This document shows positions 11,602-22,104 of a stretch of DNA of 64,000 nucleotides, piece by piece; the first letter of the stretch is position 1, and every line of letters starts with the position of its first letter. The position numbers and the translations under genes are program-made. Source of the DNA: Balanoglossus misakiensis (Eukaryota > Animalia > Hemichordata); contig CM082586.2 in NCBI GenBank assembly GCA_040954595.2, forward strand, positions 5,132,509 through 5,196,508, in the 5' to 3' direction. Below the pieces are notes generated by a model that worked only from the letters and a program-made list of their open reading frames with translations, made no database searches and had not been told where the DNA came from.

Positions 11602-14289
11602 CACTGTAACTGTGAAGGTCAGAATGGATGCTGGGAAATGGTATACTGTAACCCTATCACCCCCATTTTCAGAATAAACCAGTCAATTACATTATTGGGC
11701 TCGGCCATTCTAATGGAAAATGGGAGTGTACATGTACATTGTGTGTGTTGATCGAATCAAATATTTAGTACGAGTCCAGGCAGACTTGGTGTATTCATCC
11801 ACTATCCTGTTATGATGAACACTTTCCTTCTATTAAAATATAAAATACATTGACAACAGACAACACTGGCCTTCAACCTCACTAAATCTACAACATTTAT
11901 ATTACTTGATGATCAATTATTGCTATCGGTACACATACCTGCCCATCAGAATTAGTTTCCATTTTTTACAGCACAGTTTGGAAAAAATACAAACGCATAC
12001 ACACGATTAAAGAACACTACCTAAGAGATAAAGTTGCTCTTTATGATGTTATTTTACTCATTTCATGTCATATGAACCTCTATAACCGGACACTAGTGTT
12101 CTTAGTTGCTTTGGTGTTCAGATTAGACAGACTTTACTGTACATACCAGAAATGTATTTTACACATTACATATAATTATGTGTACAATAAACAAGGTAAG
12201 CACAGAACTTTAGAGACCGATCACTTGGCAAATAATTATCCACTTCTCACACGAAACAACTAAAATTACATCAACAGAGTGACTTTATCCCTGTTTACAC
12301 AATACAACACACCACAAAATGCTTTTAAGTCACCTGCTTGCAGATACAGAAATGTAAGCGTATAACAAAAACACTGATTTGAGAGTTACTATACATCACT
12401 ATATTCCCACAATTACTGCATCCTCTGAGACAATAAAACACACTGCAAAAAATCCCACAAAGAATCTCTTGATATCTGTAAAAATTCAATCTCAATGTGA
12501 TTCAATAAGAATTCAAAAACTGACTCCCAAGGTTGCAGAAAACTTGTTTCTTAAAGGACACATTCCCTCCCTCTCTAGCCTTGGCCATTTTATTTAGACA
12601 ACCAACCAACTGACCTGGCAAGGATTTGCACCAAGGATGAAAACTGCAATGCATTTTCTTGGTTATATCGTGTACATTTGTGATGACCAAGGGTGAAATT
12701 ATAGTCAAGTTACCATAGCAACAAACTGTCCTTTGTTAGTATCCATAGTGACACTGCCGGGTTTCACTGTCATTGACTATCAACTGAGCATGCCCAGGAA
12801 ATTACTGAGTTAAATTGCTGGGGAAAATTTTGGCGTACTAGACACTATTTCTCTAAGTTTGGCACAGCTGTGAAAAAAGGGAACACAACTGACTTGTGTT
12901 ACTATACTGCACAATACTTGAAGATTGTACTTTGTCCAAGCACCAGATATTTGCTTCAAACCCCTGCAACCATTTGCAGCACATTTAAATAGTTTGATAT
13001 TGATATAGACGCAAAATATTACACCTGTTACAATAAACAACAATCAGAATTCATTTATTGCTTTCGACAAGCAGAAATAGTTAAGACGGTGTTTCAGCCT
13101 TCAAGCAAGTATTCTGTGGAAAATTTCTGTTAAGGATTGATGGGGAGTATTTTTCCCCGGAAGATTCAATCGAGTCATTCTTGGGAAAAAATATTAGTAC
13201 TATTGTGGACACACATAATAATACATATTTAATTTGCTTGATATTCTTTGGATAAATAATGCAGTACACTTTATACAGTATATTAACTTTTGGCATGCTG
13301 ACCCCTGGCTACCTTTGACCTTTGCTCTTCCGAACCGGGTTCAAAGGGTTAAGAATGTACAAGCACTACAAATGCATATTATAGCAGAGACGCATGACGG
13401 CAATGGATACAAGTCATCTACATTTCCCCTTCAATGAAAAAGACGTAACTGATTGATCAATAAATGGCAGAAATGTGTGCCTATAGCAATTTGATGAATT
13501 GTCTTGACTGCGGTATAAAGTACTAGTCGTTGAAACTGAAACTGGAAACACAAACTTTGATCAAATGTATCAAAAACAAACAAAACAAAACAATATTTGA
13601 ATCATTTCAATATATTAATGATAAACAACCCTTTTCACTGTTTTATAATGAACTGGAATCTTGCTCATTTTGTCAAACGACAAGTTGTCGATGGCTTCAT
13701 CCAAACTTGCCTCTGGTGGACTGGTAACTTTCCATATATGCTTGAAGAATTAGCCCAGAACTGTACGTTACTTCTTAAACATGTTCTCCTCGTCTCATTT
13801 TTACCACAGCAGCTAATTTTACCAGGCTTAGTAAACGTTATTTTTAGATTTAGTCATCTATGAACATTCACACACAGAGTAATACAAAAGCTACGTGACT
13901 AGTATCGCATTGGATTTTGTTTACACATAGCTTAACACTCCAACATGTTATGTTTTCAGCTTCTCAATGGTCAACATATGTGTTCTGTTGAAGGCCACCT
14001 GTCACACCAAGAGGGTTTCAGTCATAAATTACAGTGTACATGTGTCACAAACAACACTGACTGTATGATTTGAGGATTTGTAAGTAAACTGCCATGGCAC
14101 GTCATATTTTAAAGGTTACGGAGGATGGGGGGGGGGAGGGGGTCGAGGTGGGGTGATGATCTTCAGAACAGATTTCCAGAGCCATCAAACAGACAATGGA
14201 TATTCCAGTTATGTGACAAAATGTGCAAGATTCCTGGTTCGTATCCTCAAAGAGAAGCTATGAACAGTCTAAAAATAAAACACCTTATG

Positions 14290-14946
14290 CTATGATACTT
14301 GGAGATCTCTGAAATTCTGGGCGATTTTCTCCATATCGAGTCTATGTATGATTCCATTCTGGTCAATGTGTAACTGGCTGAGGTTCAAATCGTCCAGCGA
14401 CTTCGACCGCTTCAGTTTCACTGGAGTGGCTTTCTGTGTTTTTGTCAGCAGAACCTCTTCTTCCTCCTCCTCCTCCTCGCCTTTGTTGCCGTTGTCGACC
14501 CGGGGCATTTCCGGCTCCTCGCTCTCGCTGTGCCGCCGGAGGGGCACCCTCCTGGCGGGGATAACATAGGGTTTGCGGAAGCGGACCCGGTGTCTCTGCA
14601 CTTTGGCCACGCGGTGGCGGTTCGCGCGAATGTCAGGGCAGGGCGGGTACGACACCCGCCGGCTCTTCTCCGCCTCCGGCTCCATCTCGGGCGCCACGTA
14701 GACCTTCGTCGACAGAATCGGGCTCGGCGACAGCGCCTTCGACGGCTGCAGCTTCGTCACGAACATGGGGTTCATTTGGATCACCGCGAATCCCTGCTTG
14801 GTGGTCTTCGTGCTGCAGCCGGTGCCTGCCGCAGATCTGGCCTCCTTCTCCAGCAGGTACTCCTTGCGACTCTCCGTCACGGCGCTCAGCATTCCCAACT
14901 CGTGCAGGGCAGCGTCAATGTCCATGTTCCTGCTTGATCCGGCCAT
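14290..14946 (-). CDS. Uncharacterised 218-aa largely disordered protein with RVxF motif and multiple basophilic phosphosites
   Basis: GC3-biased ORF. AAAATGG start at 14946 with an in-frame upstream TGA (14970-14968). Splice acceptor (polypyrimidine + CAG) at 15001-14999. Motifs RRVSYP, HRVRFRKP, RRHSES, LKRSKSLDDL. Family not recognised. Confidence 0.85.
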   Translation of the reverse strand: MAGSSRNMDIDAALHELGMLSAVTESRKEYLLEKEARSAAGTGCSTKTTKQGFAVIQMNPMFVTKLQPSKALSPSPILSTKVYVAPEMEPEAEKSRRVSYPPCPDIRANRHRVAKVQRHRVRFRKPYVIPARRVPLRRHSESEEPEMPRVDNGNKGEEEEEEEEVLLTKTQKATPVKLKRSKSLDDLNLSQLHIDQNGIIHRLDMEKIAQNFRDLQVS

Positions 14947-16894
14947 TTTCAACGGAAAAAAGCCTGTTCAGCCACTCGGGATCACAGATTAACAGCAACT
15001 GTTGAGGAAAGGAGTTGAAAAAATGTCAGAATTGTAGGCCTTTAAGGAGATTCTGCATCCTTACAATATCCCAAGGCATTTCAATTCGGGAATGAGAAAT
15101 CTATAAGACAATGACATGCTATAACTCCATAGTGCAGGACTGATCAGAATTGATTATTCTGAATGCCAGTAAACGGGAATCTATTTTGATTAATGCATTA
15201 AATTACTGTATTTCTCATCAAAGAATCTACAGGTTTCCCTTGAAACCTAAAAACGGCATGATGCAGAGATATTGTGGGGAGGTAGAGTGACTGTGAGGAA
15301 TTTCAAATCAGGTGTATTACGTGATGATATCTGAAATTGCTGTTACCTTGTATTAAAATGAGAGGTACTACCTTTATTTTCAAGGTAATGAGATAAATGA
15401 ATTGGATTAGAATTTTCAAGGCAAAAGGATATATAGTAAGTTTGTACCAATTTCGGCGGTTTTGCATGATTCCAGATCAGCAAATAACACAATAAAACGT
15501 TCACAACACAGTAAGTAACTGTTACCTTGAAAGTTGTCGAGTTACAAAATCCAGTGATACATATAAGATGAGTGTCACTTGAGGGAAAGTTCTGTGTGGA
15601 GTTCAAACCCCGTTTAGACTTGACTTTGTGTCGAATGCTGTGACCTTACACTGGAGAAATGACCTTGCCTGACTGATTTCACCCTTGTTGCTTTGCTGCC
15701 TTTGTCAACAACGATGTTATAGTTTAACATTTAGGGTGTGAAGCCTTTTCGGCTTAATGGGGCCCAGAATGTTCAAATCACATATGCATGTATATTTCTA
15801 TATTTTAAACCGACAAGCACAATTGCAATTTCATAGATCATTACACAGTGTACTAACTGGTATTTAATTCAAGATATTTCCATTAAATTTGAATTTTTTG
15901 TATATCTTAGAATAAAAATAGAATAACTTCCTTCAAGTCATTCTGTTGCTTTTAACAACTGCGAGTTGGGGTCAGGGGCTGGGCAAATACAATAGAGGTA
16001 TGGTTTACAACCAGGTCACAGCTGAAAAGAAGTAATTGATTACCCATAAGATGCCGAATACAATGGGCATTGTTGTAACTTTGAATATGGCATTTTGCTG
16101 TCTTCTTTGCAGGAACTGTGACCCCCATACTTTTTGTACCTGGGCCCAGTTTGGCCCAGAAGGCTGGATAACACATATAAATGGAATATATGTAAACAAA
16201 ATTAACAGATCCATTCTGGTACCATATGAATACACATAAGTTCTCCATTGTTTGTTTGTAACATTATAAACATACATGCCCTTTGACAACCTTATAACAG
16301 ACAGGCTGCTTTGCATATACCTATTTAAATGCAAATTAATCACATAACAATGCATGCTTGTACTAAAATTACATTTACAATTAACATGATTAAAATAGAT
16401 TAATGTTATGCAATGATGGCAGGGCAGAAACATAACACAACAGAACCAACATAGGGAGGTATATAAATTTGCCTCATGGTTGGACGTATTATCATTTAAG
16501 AACTTTGAAAAAAAGGAAACGCTGGCATTGTAAACATAAGAGTGAAAGTGGCCGAGGAAATGTCACAGAAAAATTTGCATATGAATTTGTTGTCATATTT
16601 CGTCTGATTGATTTCAGTAAAACATGAAATATTGCAATATTGCGGCCCTGTCGCACATAACTATTTTGCTTGCCAATGACAGCACACAGAATTTTCAAGC
16701 AGTTTTGTTTTGTTATTGTGCCACTGTGCTGTTTGTGATGTGTGCTCGTTGTTGCGTTGTGACCGCAGTGTATCGTCAGGTCACTTGCCCCATTGACTAT
16801 ATTTTGTAAACAAGTCAAAATATTCACCGCACCGAATGACCCGGTTCTCGTTGCTCTGCGCGCTTGAAAGTAAAACAGCGGATGCAATATCTAC

Positions 16895-17150
16895 CTGTCA
16901 AACGGTCAGTGCCTCCCCATTCCGAACTTGCCCTGGACCTCGCATTTTGCGCAAAATATTTCCCTCCGAGATTCCATCGACAGCTATCGCCCTGCTTCCT
17001 GTCGGAATCCGTCGCCAGTCTCGAAATTTCTCCCGAGAGCGAAACGAGGGCTCAGCAAGTTCAACTGGGTCTTCACAAACTGGAGCTGTGGAGGAGAGAT
17101 GAGCTATGAGGGAGGTAAAGCACTGGAGCTACTTGCGAAGTAAATGACAC
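16895..17150 (-). other. Probable non-coding first exon of the 218-aa gene (5' end approximate)
   Basis: CpG-rich block ending in CAG|GTAGAT donor (16894-16889), ~1.9 kb upstream of the 14998 acceptor. Confidence 0.5.
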
Positions 17151-17420
17151 AATTTTCCCCGTGTTGAAAAGTTAAATGAATATATATATATTCGCTGTTC
17201 ATATCTGAAAAGGACCAATTTTAATTTGCCCCTAAATAAATTTTCCAGATAAACCCTACCAACCCATTTTGTAAAGTGGACTATCCCAATAACACGATCA
17301 CAAACCACGAACAAACAGTTCGTATTCAAAATGGCTGCCTCCAGTGTGTTGGAGATGAAAATTTTCGCAAAGTGTGCATCCCTATATCGTAAATAGGAAA
17401 AGCGTTATCGAATAAGGGAC
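17150..17420. promoter_or_regulatory. Bidirectional promoter region between the 218-aa gene and DTWD1
   Basis: Divergent genes ~300 bp apart. (TA)5 TATA-like palindrome 17181-17190. YY1-like CAAAATGGCTGCC 17327-17339. Confidence 0.5.
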
Positions 17421-18695
17421 ATGGAAGGTTCAGAGTCTGAACCGGGTCGCTCAGGTTGTGAAAACCCACCCGATGGCGATTCCGCACCAGGCGACACGAA
17501 GCTTGATGACAACGGTGCGGGGAAGTGCAGGGACCTGTTTGAAGGAATGAACATCGATTCTCACGATGTTCTCCGCAGCGTCGTCGGGAGGACCAAATGC
17601 CCTGGATGCCAAGCGTCGAGAAAGTGGTTCTGCTATAGCTGTTTTCGACTTGTGAGCGAACTTGAAGGCAAAGTTCCCAAGGTCAAGGTAGGGAGCATCA
17701 TCATTAGTGACCATAGGTGGCGCTTTACATATCTATATCCATTGAACAGAACCTGACATTTGATATGTTCTTGAGGCCTAGCGAAATATCTATTTCACAC
17801 TGTATCCTTTTTGTAGTTGCCGGTAAAAGTGGATGTCATTAAACATCCGAGAGAACTGGAAGGGAAGAGTACTGCAGTCCATGCTGCTGTACTTGCCAGT
17901 GATGATGTCAAAGTCCACATCTATCCATGTATTCCAGAATTTGAGGAAGACCCAGAAACGGTAATGTGGCTTGATTTGTCAATAGAGAACCATAGATTCA
18001 CTGTGCCAGGCTTAATGTCATAGCTGCCCCTCTAAAGTTTTCGTTTTTATTTCTAATCTAATCCTACCTCTTGCAATTTGCAGGTGGTGTTGGTTTTCCC
18101 ATCATCCAATGCAGTCACACTGGACGAGTATGCAAAACAGCACAGCCGGGATGCAGTCTCCCGTGGTGATGATTGTCCAGTGCGCAAGAAAGCAAAGCAG
18201 GATGGGAAACATGGTGCAGTTGTGAATAGGGTGATTTTTATTGACAGTACGTGGAATCAGACTGCTTCAATATACAGGGATGAAAGACTGAAAGGTAAAG
18301 AAATATTGCTTTGCTCAAGCAGAACTATAATATGTGCATATGTCTCAGTTGATCTGTTTATCTGTAGCAGATTTTGGGAGCAGACAGCCAACTTTCTAAA
18401 TCTTTCCTTTTCATCATCTTCGTTTACAGGGCTTCCTTGCGTCCTGTTGAACTCCGTGAAGACGTCGTTCTGGCGAAAACAAGAGAAGAAACCAAGCACT
18501 TACCTCGCTACCATCGAGGCCATCTACTATTTCATGGTGGAATACCACCGACTGTTTGTGGACTCGAACTATGACGGCAGATACGACAATCTGCTGTACT
18601 TTTATTCCTTTCTTCATAATATTGTCGAGAAGAACATGCGAGAGAAAATCCTTCAAGGGTCATTCAAGCCGAGAGTTAAGACCCCAAAAAGATAG
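17421..18695 (+). CDS. DTWD1: tRNA-uridine aminocarboxypropyltransferase 1 (DTW domain-containing protein 1), 295 aa, 4 exons
   Basis: Exons 17421-17687, 17817-17960, 18084-18294, 18430-18695 join in frame. Motifs CPGC..FCYSC, LPVKVDVIKHPRELEGKSTAVHA, YPCIPEF, IFIDSTWNQT, KTSFWRKQ..KPSTYLATIEAIYYF, YDNLLYFYSF are characteristic of DTWD1. Confidence 0.95.
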
Positions 18696-18920
18696 TACAT
18701 GTACCTAAGACTGAATGTCTTGTACCAATCTTATTTCCAATATGCCATATTGGCCGGACAGCTTTTGCTAAGGACATCTTAGAGAATCTCTCAAATATAT
18801 TCTACTAGAAACATGATGGCATATTTTATGCCTAATGTGTGATTTTTGTTTATGTTGTCCACTGACAAAGTTAGTGGCTTGGGAAGACTAGAATGTTTTG
18901 TAATTGTTGGTAAAGTATAC

Positions 18921-18930
18921 AATAAATAAA
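18921..18930 (+). terminator. Probable polyadenylation signal of DTWD1
   Basis: Overlapping AATAAATAAA ~225 nt after the stop. Confidence 0.6.
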
Positions 18931-19985
18931 GCAAGCTCTATTTCTTACATTTAGGCTTCTGATCATTGATTTAATATTTCCCAATTAATTATGTAACTAT
19001 ACAGGGTTTGTAGCTACTGGAAAGTACAGAATTTGAAATCAATCTTAGAGAGTCTTCTTAAAAGTTTTTCTGGCCCAAAAAGTGAAATGTACTACTGGAA
19101 AGTTCTTGCTTTATAAAAAAACAACAACCCAACATTGGATATGCTGCCCTCCAGTGTTAGAAATTATTACTTCCAGCAGTACAGTTATGCCGACCAGAAA
19201 GCTCTCATTCAAACATACTATTGATAATTTGCTTGACAACTACATACATATTTATTGTCGTTCTGAAGAAAATACAAATTTAGGACCATAATCTGTCACA
19301 CAAAGAAAACGATTCCTCCTGTATGTTCATGTCAGATATGGCGAGGAATCAGATTTCTTAAAAATGATGTCAAGTTTTGACAGCTACAAGCAGGAGAACC
19401 TGTTTTATTGTCCAATTCTACCACTGGCTGCACTGACCTCACGCTAAAGTATGCCCACTGTCAAGGCACGGGCCAGACTGGGAAACCAGAATATATAACC
19501 ATCGGAAGACTACAGAGGGCGCACGTTAACCATTCAAACAGCGTTCTTTTCCTGAGTGACGTCATCACAACTACAGAGAAACAAGGAACTGAACTCCGAC
19601 TGATCTTGTCATCAGTTTATCCATGAAGAAACCTGCATGACGTAAGTTACTACGGAGTTAATTGCTAATATGACAGATAACCATTCTGCATCACGCTTCA
19701 GGCTTTTGTTCATAATGGTATTTTATAATGGTATTTTGTCATCTCATATCTTCAGTGAAGGAACTTGCTTCCCCAGAGCTGTTCCTATTGATTCTGCATA
19801 ATCCGAGAATTTGAATTCAGATCAAAATGTCGGAGGGCTGGAGGGAGAATTTAGGTAAGTTCAGATGTTACAAAAAGACAGCGATTAAACCCCATGACTG
19901 GCCACAGTTATGATGGCTGTCCTGTCCTGTTTGTAATGAATTCGTGCACGCGTCTGTGTGAATGGGCATAGGCAGCAGTATTCGT

Positions 19986-20008
19986 GGGGGGGGGGGGGGG
20001 GGGGGGGG
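19986..20008. repeat. Poly-G tract (23 nt)
   Basis: Uninterrupted G run. Confidence 0.95.
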
Positions 20009-20313
20009 CATGTCCATGGATCTTAGTTGAGTTGCAATGTATAATGAATGGTTGTAATTATATTTATATATCCGGCCACAGAGGCAGAACCAAATGTGAT
20101 GAAAATAGGACTAGGGTAGACATATCACCCTGGTATAAATGGCATTGAAAAACACCAACCTGTGTATCATTCACACACACAGAGTGCTCAACTTGGTTTC
20201 AGCATTCTGGCTTCAAACAGGTAATGTCATATTCACTCCTGGCAGCTTGTTGTATTTTAACATCTAACCACAGGTGATGCATTCCATATATTGTTATTTA
20301 CACCACCACCACT

Positions 20314-20337
20314 AACAACAACAACAACAACAACAAC
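20314..20337. repeat. (AAC)8 microsatellite preceded by (CAC)4
   Basis: Direct reading of the sequence. Confidence 0.9.
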
Positions 20338-20976
20338 GCACCACCGTTCCAGCAACATGACCAAGACTGCTTACTACTAGTAGTACTTAAAAACATGAAC
20401 ACCACATAAAATCAAAATTCATGATTTTAATGTGATTTATTAACTTTAAACCTGCACATAACAAAAATACAGGAAAATACAACATCAAAATACAGCTAAT
20501 ATAGATTCATTTAGTGTATGTACATCTGGGACACATAATCAGAAGTGCTGGTAAGAATAAATAAACTGACAAAGGTAAATGACTGAGATTGTTCATGCCT
20601 GTGGTCCAAAGCTTTACTTTCACTACAGTGTGCAAAATTTAACATGTCACGCACTTGTCAGTTGCCGTAAAGAGGCTCGTAGTTCACGACGATAAGATTG
20701 ATTGACGACACTGTTACCATTATTAAACCATGGTTATTGCATGCGACAGTAATAATGTTTGGCTACAAAATTCTAAAAATTCAGAAAAATATGTATATGT
20801 GAAACATGTTTAACAAAATACAGTAATATTGAGGTGATATTCTCAAGAGATTTGCCACTGTGGGCATTGGCAATTTCCTTATTGCAACTCAAGTTACCCT
20901 GCACTTTCCTCATTGTACAAAAGTTAGAATTGCGCCCTCTATGTGCGCAATGTAAAATGGTGCCCTGTTCACTGCT

Positions 20977-22104
20977 CTATGTAACTGTACTGCTAATCTG
21001 AGTGACTCGTGTTGTTTTGGACGCCCCCGTGTAGCCGGTTTTGCTGGTGGTGTTGGCCGTCCTTGTCGTGTCCTCGGGCGCCACTTTCCCCTTTCTACAT
21101 TTGTAGAAACAGGGGAAGAGCTTCTTGAACTCCTTCCGGTAGTTCTCGTTGAAGTAGGCGTACAGGATGGGGTTGATCCAGCTGTTGCAGAGCAAGAAGA
21201 ACACCGACAGCGTGGTCGGGGTGTTCGACCAGATGAACGGGATGAAGGGCACGCGCTTCTCGGTGGCCAAGTACAGTTGCCAGCTGTAGCTGGGCAGCCA
21301 GGTGACGGCAAACTGTACCACGACGAAGCTGAGCATCTTGACGGCCTTCTTCTTGCTCCGATTGGAGCTGTTGGTGGGCGCTTTGCTGAACCACAAGGTG
21401 AACACCATGCAGGCGTACAGGCTGCCCAGTATAGTGAGTGGAATCAGGTACATGACGACCAAATCTACGTAACGGAAAATGATGTCGAGTCCGTGGTCAA
21501 CAATATGGCAGTACGTGGAGACTGAATACCCGGAGAAGGTTTCGTTGGCGTAATCATAGCTGTACGTGTAGTTATACACGATGATGTCATTTGTGAAAAG
21601 TTTGAACGTGGAGTAACCGAGGGAGCAGAACCAGACGACGGAGCAGCCGATGAAACCGTGGGTGACTGTCATCTTGGGTCGGAGAGGCTGGACGATGGCC
21701 CGGAACCTGTCCAGGCCGATGCAGATCAGCGAGAAAGTGGTGCCGCACATCGCCGCCCAGTGGATGTAGAACAGAAACTTGCAGGCGCCTCGGTTCGTCA
21801 GGGGCAGATTGAACCCAAAGCTGGCGATGTGCACGGGGACGTAGACGAGGGCTATGATCAGGTCGGATGCGGACAGCGAGACGATGAAGAGGTTCGTGGC
21901 GGAGTGTCGCAGCTTCGGCTGACGGGCGACAGCAACGATGACCCAGACGTTACCCGAAATGATCAGGAACATAAAGAACACCCCAAGAAGTATCTGGGCC
22001 CATGCTGGTGTGTCCAGTGCCAAAGCCGAGTCATAAAATTCATAAAAATCGAAGCCATCGGAGTAGTATTCGTCCCACGGATTCCCTCCTCCTTCAGACG
22101 ACAT
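20977..22104 (-). CDS. Class A (rhodopsin-like) GPCR, probably neuropeptide-receptor-like orphan, 375 aa, intronless CDS
   Basis: Seven hydrophobic segments. GN (TM1), TNLFIVSLSASD (TM2), C at the top of TM3 plus DRF, W in TM4, YLIPL..Y (TM5), KKAVKML..F..TWLP (TM6), NSWINPILYAYFNENYR (TM7/H8). 5' UTR acceptor GCAG at 22124-22121. Confidence 0.93.
   Translation of the reverse strand: MSSEGGGNPWDEYYSDGFDFYEFYDSALALDTPAWAQILLGVFFMFLIISGNVWVIVAVARQPKLRHSATNLFIVSLSASDLIIALVYVPVHIASFGFNLPLTNRGACKFLFYIHWAAMCGTTFSLICIGLDRFRAIVQPLRPKMTVTHGFIGCSVVWFCSLGYSTFKLFTNDIIVYNYTYSYDYANETFSGYSVSTYCHIVDHGLDIIFRYVDLVVMYLIPLTILGSLYACMVFTLWFSKAPTNSSNRSKKKAVKMLSFVVVQFAVTWLPSYSWQLYLATEKRVPFIPFIWSNTPTTLSVFFLLCNSWINPILYAYFNENYRKEFKKLFPCFYKCRKGKVAPEDTTRTANTTSKTGYTGASKTTRVTQISSTVT

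Noticed and set aside
14290-14946. Identification of the orphan as PPP1R15/GADD34
   Set aside because: It has RVxF and uORFs but lacks the downstream W...RxGxW...DRxRF eIF2-alpha-binding motif.
20977-20991. GPCR C-terminus as ligand for the neighbouring PDZ protein
   Set aside because: It ends in -STVT. The last residue is not the hydrophobic residue required of canonical PDZ ligands, so no functional link can be claimed from proximity.
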